NCBI GenBank assembly: GCA_951406725.2
Contig: OX597841.1
Span: forward strand, 6,200,001-6,264,000
DNA length: 64,000 nucleotides
Direction of reading: 5' to 3'
Source: Octopus vulgaris
Taxonomy: Eukaryota
The notes beneath the pieces were generated by a model. It made no database searches. It was not told the origin of the DNA and saw only the letters and a list, made by a program, of their open reading frames with translations. Shown piece after piece: positions 12,531 through 22,914 of this stretch. Every line of letters starts with the position of its first letter. Position 1 is the stretch's first letter. The position numbers and the translations under genes were made by a program.

Positions 12531-13050
12531 TACCGTAAATCCTCGAGTATAATCCGCATTTTTCCCCCAAAATTTAAAGGTCAGAATCCCTAGTGCGTAC
12601 TATATACGAGGTTCAAAAATGACAATTATTTTCTAAGCAATGACCAAGTCTCTATTTGCTGTCCGGCAATGTTTATTCAGACGCATTTTGTGATGTCGGG
12701 CGCTAAAATACCTTCAGCTAAGCCTGAAAGCAATGAAGTCATAAAAGAATCATCCATAACTTGCAATAAGCAACATTTATTAAACGTTATTACTGTTATT
12801 TCTTTATTTTATGTTATATATACAATAATAATAAAGGATGTTATATAGATCTCCTTGACTCAAGTTAGAGAAGGGGTGCGTATTATACACCAGGTTTAGG
12901 TTTTTCAGAGGTACAGCCCCCTAAAAATCCTCTGCGTATTATACCCAAGGGCGCGAAAATACCTTAAGCTAAGCCTGAAAGCAATGAAGTCATAAAAGAA
13001 TCATCCATAACTTGCAATAAGCAACATTTATTGAACGTTATTATTGTTAT
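12531..13050 (+). mobile_element. Left part of the same Tc2/pogo-like MITE plus an internal partial repeat
   Basis: Starts TA-CCGTAAATCCTCGAGTATA; right TIR missing; 12953-13050 repeats ~12700-12800. Confidence 0.8.
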
Positions 13051-13290
13051 TGGATCTTTTTGCTGAACGGCAGACTTTTAAAATAATTTCTTTGTAATTA
13101 AACACTTTTAAACTTCGTATACTGGTATAAATGTGTTTATATAACTTCTTTTACACTTGGCTTTCTTGAGAAAATTCTGTAGTTTGTAAGCTATTTGTTG
13201 TTTAATTTCTTGCATTTCAGCAATTTCAACCAATCAATGACGTCTATTGAGGTGAATACAATATCTCCGGATCTTTGTCAACAACAATTA
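13051..13290. mobile_element. Opposite arm of the GATC-terminal foldback MITE
   Basis: Starts TGGATCTTTT; inverted relative to 4911-5150. Confidence 0.65.
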
Positions 13291-13504
13291 CTTGCTGTGT
13301 CTTCTTCTATGTTTAGCAGTTGGAAGAAGGCAGTCTGGGTCAAATGCTTCTTTTGGCTGTCTCCACATGTATACTAGGCCAGTGGGGTCGATCTAATTTA
13401 CTGGCTCCCTCCCACCAAATTTCAGGCCTTGTGCCTAGAGTAGAATAGAATATTCATAACTTCTGATGATTTGCTGTGCATTGCAATATTTAAAAGAGAT
13501 TTAA

Positions 13505-13985
13505 AATAATAATGAAATTATTGCATACAGTGCTCAGGTGCACCACAACTTGTCAGAAAGTGCATATAAAGTATATGCAGTAATGTAGAAATGTCTGGAA
13601 AGTGAACAGTGTATGAGTCAGATACATGCTTGTGTGTGTATGGAGGGGAGAAAGATCAGGTGTAGTGTTGGCGAATCTCAGGAAGCATTGAAGTTTTGAA
13701 GGATGCAGTGCTCCGACAACTAACAACCGATGCCGGCAGTTTGTTCCATGCTTCAGTAACTCTCAGCGTGAAAAAATGTTTCCTGAAGTCATGGGAGCTG
13801 TGCTGTTTTCTGACTTTGTAAACATGTCCACGGGTGTTAGACGGGTGGAGTTTGAAAAGGTGCTCAGAGTTATTGTTTGTACGATGGTTGATAATTTTAT
13901 GGGTGTCTGCCAAGTCAGCTGCCAGACGTCGGAGTTTCAATGTGTCCATGCCCAGGGAAGTAAAGCGTTCAGGATATTTCTTCAT
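13505..13985 (-). mobile_element. CR1-type LINE 3' fragment
   Basis: Encodes LKLRRLAADL..NTRGH..FRKHFFTLRV..AWNKLP, typical of the CR1 ORF2 C-terminus; homologous to 28280-28678. Confidence 0.8.
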
Positions 13986-14189
13986 CTTTATAGTAGACTG
14001 AGTTTGATGGACTGATTTCTTTGAAAACAGTGATAAGAAGACACATCAAAGTGACGAACTCCACCAAATAACTGACCCAATCCAGTGACCTGCTGTCTTA
14101 TGCTCCCAACACTTAACTTTAGATATTTCCTCCTAATATGGATGTTACACATAATTAAACAAAAGAGAAATAATTTGAAATTACAGATT

Positions 14190-14894
14190 CAGGCGCAGGA
14201 GTGGCTGTGTGGTAAGTAGCTTGCTAACCAACCACATGTTTCCAGGTTCAGTCCCACAGCATGGCACCTTGGGCAAGTGTCTTCTGCTATGGCCCCGGGC
14301 CGACCAATGCCCTGAGAGTGGATTTGGTAGACGGAAACTGAAAGAAGCCCGTCGTATATATATATATAGGTGCAGGAGTGGCTGTGTGGTAAGTAGCTTG
14401 CTTACCAACCACATGGTCCCGGGTTCAGTCCCACTGCGTGGCATCTTGGGCAAGTGTCTTCTGCTATAGCCCCGGGCCGACCAATGCCTTGTGAGTGGAT
14501 TTGGTAGACGGAAACTGAAAGAAGCCCGTCGTATATATAGGTGCAGGAGTGGCTGTGTGGTAAGTAGCTTGCTTACCAACTACATGGTCCTGGGTTCAGT
14601 CCCACTGCGTGGCATCTTGGGCAAGTGTCTTCTACTATAGCTCTGGGCCGACCAACGCCTTGTGAGTGGATTTGGTAGACGGAAACTGAAAGAAGCCCAT
14701 CGTATATATGTATATATATATATATATATGTAGTAGCTGTGTGGTAAGTAGCTTGCTAACCAACCACATGGTTCTGGGTTCAGTCCCACTGCGTGGCATC
14801 TTGGGCAAGTGTCTTCTGCTATAGCCCTGGGCCGACCAAAGCCTTGTGAGTGGATTTGGTAGACAGAAAATGAAAGAAGCCTGTTGTATATATG

Positions 14895-14925
<31 letters not shown>

Positions 14926-15126
14926 CTGTGTTTGTCCCCCTAGCATTGCTTGACAACCGATGCTGGTATGCTTATGTCCCCGTTACTTAGCGGTTCGGCA
15001 AAAGGGACCGATAGAATAAGTACTGGGCTTACAAAAGAATAAGTCCCGGGGTCAATTTGCTCGACTAAAGGTGGTGCTCCAGCATGGCCGCAGTCAAATG
15101 ACTGAAACAAGTAAAAGAGTAAAGAG
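14190..15126 (+). mobile_element. tRNA-derived SINE (family A) with four tandem heads and one tail
   Basis: The head (G)GAGTGGCTGTGTGGTAAG...GGTTCAGTCCC...GAAAGAAGCCC occurs 4 times (the fourth lacking its first bases), then a (TA/TG)n spacer and the tail ending GTAAAAGAGTAAAAGAG. Confidence 0.85.
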
Positions 15127-15575
15127 ATTCAAATGTGTCTCCTCGTGTCTTACAAGAGATATTTTTCTTCTGGAACTTCTGCAATGAATATAAATAATAA
15201 CATTTGTCACAAATATTTGGAGCTTTTGAACAGAACAAGTCAAATATATTGTAAATGCCCAGCTTTTACATCAACTGAACCTGCTGTCCGTTGACAACCT
15301 TTTCCGCCTCCACCCATTGCCATGCCATTTTTGTGGTGGTCACCTCCCATGCCATGCTTCTCTCAATGAGACCATTGAGAAACTCGGATCTGTATGTGTT
15401 ACGTAAGACTAGAGATGGGAGTGACTTTGTGCCGTTGGCCAGCTGGTGACGTCTTCTCGAGGCTAAAAACAAAAGTAGCACCGTAGGATCGACCCCAGTG
15501 CGTAACTGGTACTTATTTAATCGACCCCGAAAGGATGAAAGGCAAAGTTGCCAGTCTGAAGTATTGTTGTTATTC

Positions 15576-16007
15576 AAATGAATTTTCCCCCAGAAACACA
15601 TCTAATTGTCTATTTTGGGGATTTTAGCCAAAAATTCGTGCTGTCCCCTATTTGAAAATGTGATTAAACATTTTTTTTTAATTTGAAAAACACACAATGA
15701 ATTTTGTTTTCATACCTTTATTTTCAAATATATAACATACAAACATGTACATCTTTTAGAACATTGTCATTTTAGTAGATTTTGCTGGCAAATTTCTTAA
15801 CAAACATTTATTTACATGGAAGAAAATTCCCGGAGAATTTTCATCCAATTCTTCCAAGTCTTTCCGTAAGAGGAAAAACCAAGGCTGTGCAGATATTAGA
15901 GCATTTATAGATAGATGATGATGATGATATGGAATGGTTTTTGGGTTTTTTTTCGCCAAATAAACATATGTGACAATTAAGTGTGTTTATGGGGGAAAAT
16001 TCATTTG
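15576..16007. mobile_element. Probable MITE with ~35-bp imperfect inverted ends
   Basis: caaatgaattttcccccagaaacacatctaattgtc ... gacaattaagtgtgtttatgggggaaaattcatttg. Confidence 0.5.
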
Positions 16008-16352
16008 TGAGTAAGAGCACACAAGAAGATGGACAGTGTTGCTGATGAGGTTACAGATGGGTGATGAAAGATTTAAGGTCAATGGACAGGAATTACAATA
16101 AGAACAGTAATAAATGAGTGATGATCAAATATATATATTGTACATATGTTTATTTGGTGAAAAAAACCCCAAAAAAACCATTCCACATCATCATCATCAT
16201 TTCACGTCTGTTTTCCATGCTGGCATGGGTGGCTTGGACGGTCTGACTGAGGACTGGTATATATGCAATATTCCAATATCCTTTGAGTAAAATCCAAAAG
16301 TCTGACAGAGTTTAAAATGAGTCCTTCCAAATATAGAGTTTATAAGCATACT

Positions 16353-16404
16353 GTCTCCGATGAAGGGATATTATTAATTAATATCCTTGAAACAGCTGTA
16401 AGAC
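16353..16404 (+). ncRNA. Type I hammerhead-ribozyme-like motif (CCGAUGA core variant) in a Penelope-type remnant
   Basis: Stem I GUCU/AGAC; core CCGAUGA; 10-bp stem II; GAAA; short stem III with palindromic AGCU loop; GUA triplet ending at 16400. Confidence 0.55.
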
Positions 16405-16470
16405 CTTCTATCTATAAATGCTCTAATATCTATACAGCCTTGGTTTTTTTATCCTATTATGCAAAATATT

Positions 16471-16511
<41 letters not shown>

Positions 16512-16564
16512 GAAATATTAAAATTACTAAGTCTCTCTAAAGGAGATTACAGCAGCGTTACTGG

Positions 16565-16815
16565 AAATTAATAGTTATCGCCATACTTATATGGCAGTCT
16601 TATAAATATAAGACTAAAGCTATCGCTGATTAGCTCCAAGAGGCCACCGTCTCAAGCTAGCTATTTGACACACAATCTGTTCGAAGGTTTATAATGGACG
16701 CAGATTGTGTGTCAAATAGCTAGCTTGAGGCGATGGCCTCTTGGAGCTAATCAGCGACAGCTTTAGTCTTATATTTATAAGACTGCCATATAAGTATGGC
16801 GATAACTATTAATTT
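16565..16815. repeat. Near-perfect foldback (arms ~115 bp, 21-nt spacer)
   Basis: 16565-16679 is the reverse complement of 16701-16815 with about 3 mismatches. Confidence 0.9.
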
Positions 16816-17529
16816 ATATATATATACATCTATATATATTTATATTAAATTAGAGATAAAACCACTATTAGGCAAATCAAACTGAAAATCATAAACCAAT
16901 ACATAGAAATAAAATTTTATCTCTAATTTAATATATATATTTATACTGTGAAATTAGATTTAATCCTAATATTATATATATATATATATAAAGAGTAAAG
17001 ATCCCCTTCGGTCATGAATGACCATGGGATTGAACCTAGAGAATTTCTTTCTGAGTCATAAGTCCTGGCAAGGTTGTTTGTAGAAGACCAGCAGTCACCC
17101 ATGCATACCAGCCTCCACTTCCCATGCCATTGATGTTATCCAAGAGAAAAGCAAAGGGGCCGATACAGCAGGGCACCAGTGACGTCGTACCTCAATTCTA
17201 CAGGTGAGTGAACTGGAGCAACGTGAAATAAAGTGTCTTGCTCAAGAACACAACACACAGCCCGGTCTAGGAATTGAACTCACTACCTCACATCTGCCTC
17301 AACAAACTATCAAAACCATGCAAGAGTGGAAAGATGGACATAAAAATGCCGGCGAAGGTCTGGAACCAGTATTTCTCTCATCGTCATTCACGAAATGGTG
17401 ACTGTCTAAAACTTAGCAGCAAACGCATCTTTCTCCCCTTGGTATTTGTGCATCACAAGACCAGAACATGGAGAACGATTTCTGAAATATTTCATCATCA
17501 TAATACATTCTACAAAGAAAAGAAACTTA

Positions 17530-18918
17530 TCACGTTTCACAGTCGAAAGGTTTCCTTCGAGAGTGAATCCTTTGATGATTCTTTAATTTATTAGAAGACA
17601 CAAAACATTTCCCACATACTTCACAGTGGAATGGTCTTTCTCCTGTATGGTAGCGTCCGTGTTCAACTAAACGACATTTCTGAGTGAACGCTTGTCCACA
17701 GATTTCGCACTGAAAACGTTTTTCCCCCGTGTGATAACGTTCGTGCTCAATTAGATGAGAATTCCAGTTAAAAGATTTTCCACAGATTTCACAGTGGAAT
17801 GGTGCTTCTTCTCCTGTATGTAATCTCTTGTGAATCTTCAAATCACTAAGAGAAGCAAAATATTTCCCACAGATTTCACAATGGAAAGGTTTTTCCCCGG
17901 TGTGTGCCCTTCGGTGTTGTATTAGGGCGCTACCAGAACCATAAGGTTTCCCGCATATTTCGCAACGGAATGGTTTTTCTCCCGTGTGTATTCGTATGTG
18001 TATTGCTAGATTGGTGCTCGAACTAAAAGACTTCCCACATATCTCACACTTGAATGGTTGCTTGCCACTGTGAACTCTTCCATGCAAAATTAATGTCTTT
18101 TTACATGCATAACATTTTTCACATATTTCACACTTGAACGGTTTTTCTCCAGTATGGCTACGTTTGTGAACTACAACGTGAGATTTCTGAGGGAAAGACT
18201 TTCCACATATTTCACAATGGAAAGGTTTCTCCATGGCGTGCAGCCTGTTGTGTTTCTTTAAATCCGGTTCAAACGCAAAAGCTCTGCCACATATTTCACA
18301 CTGGTAAGGTTTTTCAGAAGCGTGTATTCTTTTATGCGCTGTTAAGTTGCCACGAGAAATAAAAGACTTCTTACATATTTCACAATGGAATGGTTTTTCT
18401 CCAGTGTGACAACGTTTATGGTAAAGAAAATGAGAATTCTGAGTGAAAGACTTCTTACATATTTCACAATGGAACGGTCTTTCTCCAGTGTGACTTCGTT
18501 TGTGAACCAAAAGGTGAGAATTCTGAGTGAAAAATTTCCCACATGTCTCACAACGGTAAGGCTTTTCTCCACTGTGACTACGTCTGTGGTTCTGAAGGTG
18601 AGAATTCTGACTGAAAGTTTTCTCACATATTTCACATTTGAATGGTTTTTCGCCAGTGTGGCTACGCTTGTGAACTACGAGATGTGATTTACTAAGAAAT
18701 GATTTTCCACACGTCTCACAATGAACCGGTCTCTTTTTACTGTGTATTTCTTTGTGTGTGACGACTTCATCTTCTGAAGAGAATGTCTTCCGACAAATCT
18801 CGCAGCGATATTCAGGAACGCTTCCGTTTTCACCTTTTTCATCTCCGTCTGTCTCTCTAACTGTATCTGTATTGTTAACAGGTGTGTTACACGTGTCCAA
18901 GTGATCAACGTTCTCCAT
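17530..18918 (-). CDS. C2H2 zinc-finger protein (ZF3), 462 aa, 15 fingers
   Basis: Intact ORF with a short acidic N-terminus followed by 15 tandem C2H2 fingers with TGEKP-type linkers. Confidence 0.93.
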   Translation of the reverse strand: MENVDHLDTCNTPVNNTDTVRETDGDEKGENGSVPEYRCEICRKTFSSEDEVVTHKEIHSKKRPVHCETCGKSFLSKSHLVVHKRSHTGEKPFKCEICEKTFSQNSHLQNHRRSHSGEKPYRCETCGKFFTQNSHLLVHKRSHTGERPFHCEICKKSFTQNSHFLYHKRCHTGEKPFHCEICKKSFISRGNLTAHKRIHASEKPYQCEICGRAFAFEPDLKKHNRLHAMEKPFHCEICGKSFPQKSHVVVHKRSHTGEKPFKCEICEKCYACKKTLILHGRVHSGKQPFKCEICGKSFSSSTNLAIHIRIHTGEKPFRCEICGKPYGSGSALIQHRRAHTGEKPFHCEICGKYFASLSDLKIHKRLHTGEEAPFHCEICGKSFNWNSHLIEHERYHTGEKRFQCEICGQAFTQKCRLVEHGRYHTGERPFHCEVCGKCFVSSNKLKNHQRIHSRRKPFDCET

Positions 18919-19057
18919 ATTATTTCTTGAGCAATTCTTAAAAAGCTGACAAACGTCTGTGAGTTAATTTATTGTGGTTCAATTCCTTGTCTCAGACATC
19001 ACAGATCTTTGTTTACAAGTGTGGAACAGATGCAATGTAGATATATTTCCTACTCAC

Positions 19058-19155
19058 CAGTAGAATGTTTGATATAAAGTCCAAATGAAGTGTGGAGAAG
19101 GTCGAAGAAAGTTCGCTGATTGATTTGTTGTTGATTAAAAGCCATTTCCCCCGTC
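19058..19155 (-). other. Upstream mini-exon of ZF3 (ATG at 19145, in frame after splicing)
   Basis: AG/GT boundaries; a ~100-nt intron ends at TTAACTCACAG, 38 nt before the ORF ATG. Confidence 0.65.
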
Positions 19156-19861
19156 CTGTAAAATAGGGAACAACCAATTAACGATATTAATGAAATTTTT
19201 AATCACGAAGGAGATGAAACATCGACCCCTAAACTTATTTGTCCCCTTGACTTATCCACAAATAGTTACGTTTACCTTAACACGAGGTAACATATTAAGG
19301 TTTAGCCGAATTATTCAGAAGGTAAACATCATGGACCGCACCCCGCTTTGAGATTTTTTTGTTTCACTGGAACACGCTATATTGAGGACTGAGATTCAGA
19401 ATCTGTAAAAAAGAATCTGCATTTCAAAATTTAAATTCCGAACCGACCATTTCTTAAATTTTCACTTGAAAAAATTCTTTTTCGTGAAATCATCATCATC
19501 ATCATCGTTTAACGTCTGTTTTCCGTGCTAGCACGGGTTGGACGGTTCGACCGGGGTCTGGGAAGCCAGAAGGCTGCCCCAGGCTCCAGTCTGGTCTGGC
19601 AGTGTTTCTACAGCTGGATGCCCTTCCTAACGCCAACCACTCCGCGAGTGTAGTGGGTGCTTTTTACGTGCCACCTGCACAGGTATAGAAAAATACAGAG
19701 ATTATGATTCTGAGAAAAGTGGGGTGCAATAATGATGTAGTTATAATTAGTGAGTGGGGACTACTCGAAAACAGTGGTCCCGGTGCGCGCACTCGCTAGC
19801 TAGTCAGGACTAGTCGATCATTTGTGTTTTTGTTTTATTTACTGTTTAAAAAAATTATTTA

Positions 19862-20430
19862 CTTTACTCTTACTCTTTTACTTGTTTCAGTCATTTGACT
19901 GCGGCCATGCTGGAGCACTGCCTTTAATCGAGCAACTCGACCCCGGGACTTATTCTTTTTGTAAGCCCAGTACTTATTCTATCGGTCTCTTTTGCCGAAC
20001 CGCTAAGTAACAGGGACATAAACACACCAGCATCGGTTGTCAAGCAATGCTAGGGAGACAAACACACACATACATATATACATATACATGACGGGCTTCT
20101 TTTCAGTTTCCGTCTACCAAATCCACTCACAAGGCTTTGGTTGGTCTGAGGCTATAGTAGAAGACACTTGCCCAAGGTGTCACGCAGTGGGACTGAACCC
20201 GGAACCATGTGGTTGGTAAGCAAGCTACTTACCACACAACCACTCCTGCGCCTATATATATACATACATATACATGACGGGCTTCTTTTCAGTTTCCGTC
20301 TACCAAATCCACTCACAAGGCTTTGGTCGGCCTGAGGCTATAGTAGAAGACACTTGCCCAAGGTGCCACGCAGTGGGACTGAACCCGGAACCATGTGGTT
20401 GGTAAACAAGCTACTTACCACACAGCCACT
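19862..20430 (-). mobile_element. Family A SINE with two heads, inserted in a foldback MITE (~19760-20575)
   Basis: Reverse complement of the family A consensus; the flanks form an inverted repeat (gtggtcccggtgcgcgcac...gtgctgatgcacgcaccgggaccac). Confidence 0.8.
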
Positions 20431-20825
20431 ACTTTGCTTAAAAAAATTATTTACTTTGTGTAAAAAAATGTTTATTTTGTGTTTTATTTACTTTGCTGCA
20501 TCGTCGTTATAGGATCGACTAGTCACGACTAGCTAGTGCTGATGCACGCACCGGGACCACTCTTCTTAGATAGTACCCGAAACCACAATCTTACGATCAT
20601 GATGTAGTTATATATGGTGAGTGTTTATTCTTCATTTAGGCGCAGTCTACATCTAATGAACACCACCCTGTACAAAACTCCATGTCCCCCTACATGACCT
20701 TGCTTTTTGCTTTTTGAACCAAAAAATTCACTTAACTAATCGTCACCGTTCCCAACTCAACAATAAAAAGTTACGCCGACGGGAGAGTCGTGGCGAGAAG
20801 TACAAAGGCTGCAGTGATGCTATGA

Positions 20826-21985
20826 CATTCTGGTACTACCAGCGAACAGTGGGCCCGGTGCGCGCACTCGCGCTAGCTAGACGTAAGTAGTCGATCCTAC
20901 AACGACTTGCGCGTATGTTTGTATTTCAAGGCTGAATCCATATCAAAGAAAATTAAATAATACTAGCAGTATCGCCCGGCGTTGCTCGGGTTTGTAAGGG
21001 AAATAACTATATAAGCATTTTTAGGGAGCTACTTCCCTTATAGATGCCAATTCGGGCTTTCTTATCCATTTCTGTTTGGGTGTCTTCAAGCCATGAAGTC
21101 GTTGTTCTAAAAGAACGCTGGTCTCCTTGACAACGCTTTACGACGTTGATTTCCTTACACTCCCTTCCCCACAGCTTCACAAGGGAGGGAAGAAGGGGGA
21201 GAAGCAACACATGTGCAGGTGTGAGCGTGGACGCCAACTCCGCCGCCATCGACACACGAAAAATTATGCATTAAAATGGAATAAAAAATGATGTTAAATT
21301 ATTTTTAAAATCGTAGACTCATCGTAGACGCGCGCTAATAGCCAGACGGGCTCGATATGAATCACGACTATAAGATACCCGAATTTGGTTAAACTGCACC
21401 GCAAAATGTGGGAGTAGTTAGGAATCTAAATCGAAGGGGACAGACACTCACACAACTACAGTTTTATATATAAAGATTTTTCCAACAAAGTAAATAAAAC
21501 GCAAAGTAAATAATTTTTTAAAACAAACTGAGGTTAGGGTTAAAAAGTCGTAGGATCGACTACTTACGACTGGCTAGCGAGTGCGCGCACCGGGACCACT
21601 GTTCGCTAGTAGTATCAAGAATGTGTACAGCAACCGTTTTCGGCCTAACAAAAACCCGGTACTAGTCGCGTAGACTGGACCCGGTGCGCGCAGACGCGCA
21701 TCCGCGCTAGCCAGTCGATCCTACAACGACTTGCGCGTGTGTTTGTATTTCAAGGCTGAATCCATATCAAAGAAAATTAGGCGATCTTTCGTCTCTAGTA
21801 GACCGAGACGAAAGATTGCCGAAAATTAAATATTTTTCGAACCAAGTAAATAATTTTTTAAACTAAGGAAATAAATTAAGGTTAGAGTTAAAAAGTCGTT
21901 GTAGGATCGACTACTTACGACTAGCTAGCGCGGATGCGCGAGTGCGCGCACCGGGACCACTGTTCGCTAGTAGTATCAGACATTC
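20826..21985. mobile_element. Two adjacent GC-rich foldback MITEs (CTAC(T/C)AGCGAACAGTGG..CCGGTGCGCGCAC family)
   Basis: Inverted arms at ~20835-20905 / 21547-21615 and ~21680-21730 / 21896-21976. Confidence 0.65.
20963..21476 (-). mobile_element. Non-autonomous Helitron
   Basis: On the minus strand it starts TC and ends CTAG, has a subterminal hairpin CCCGAGCAACGCCGGG, and sits between A and T inside the MITE above. Confidence 0.75.
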
Positions 21986-22316
21986 TATTATTATGTGTGT
22001 GAAAACATTGTCAGATGGTTACCTACTGTGAGTGAGGCATCGCTGAAATGAAGGAGACCCAGAAGTCCAAGCTGTGGGCAGTTAGAAGAGATGAGGAGGG
22101 GGCCAAAGGATGAAGAGGGAACGGTCTTTTCCGTCGGGACTCTTTGGATGCCTTTCTCGACTGTTGTGTTTTGCGCATGCCTGCTGTGTCTCTTCCGGGT
22201 TATATGTTTAACCCTGAGACAACGCAAGCAGGCGTGATGGGTACGCTACGATTGTTTGGAATTTTCAGAGAATATTTACGAATTTGGTGTTCTACGCACG
22301 GAAATTCATACAATTG

Positions 22317-22762
22317 TGGGCGATCTTTCGTCTCTAGTAGACCTTTCCGTCGATTTCCGTAAAAAAATATTTTTTTTTACATATGGGCTTGCGGGAACTT
22401 TTGAAGTAATATACATACATATACACACACATACATACACATACACCGAGTAAAAAATTTCAGTTATCTCTTTCTTTCACACATTACTCTCTCTGTCTCT
22501 TCACACACACTAACAGAAGCACTTCACTTACACAACATACTGTCTGTCTCCCACACCCCATCAAACACACACACACACACACATGTACATCAATGCTTCC
22601 CATGCACGGTAACTTCAAAAGAACTTCCCTCGTCATAAAATCGTTTTTTCTTAGTCTCTTTCGCTCTCATTACTTCAAAAGTTCCCGCAAGCCCATATGT
22701 AAAAAAAAAAAAATTTTACGGAAATCGACGGAAAGGTCTACTAGAGACGAAAGATTGCCCAC
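22317..22762. mobile_element. MITE with ~95-bp TIRs (GGGCGATCTTTCGTCTCTAGTAGACC...)
   Basis: 22317-22410 is the reverse complement of 22669-22762; a ~40-bp minimal derivative lies at 21780-21820. Confidence 0.8.
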
Positions 22763-22914
22763 TTTTTTTCAAATTTATTTTTTAAAAATAAAGTTTAAAA
22801 TGCGAACAGTCCATTATTTTTTTTGCCTAAATCCCAGCAATGGACTACCCTTGGGTGCGTCATGTTGTCATAGAATGTGTTTATGGAGAGAAAAATATTG
22901 AAAAACGTAAATAG

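Noticed and set aside
14190-14270. tRNA genes at SINE heads (also 41931 and 60947)
   Set aside because: A/B-box-like heads continue into SINE bodies; no complete cloverleaf seen.
14181-14946. ORFs with RHLPKMPRSGTEPGTMWLVSK and similar peptides across the window
   Set aside because: Chance translations of SINE sequence.
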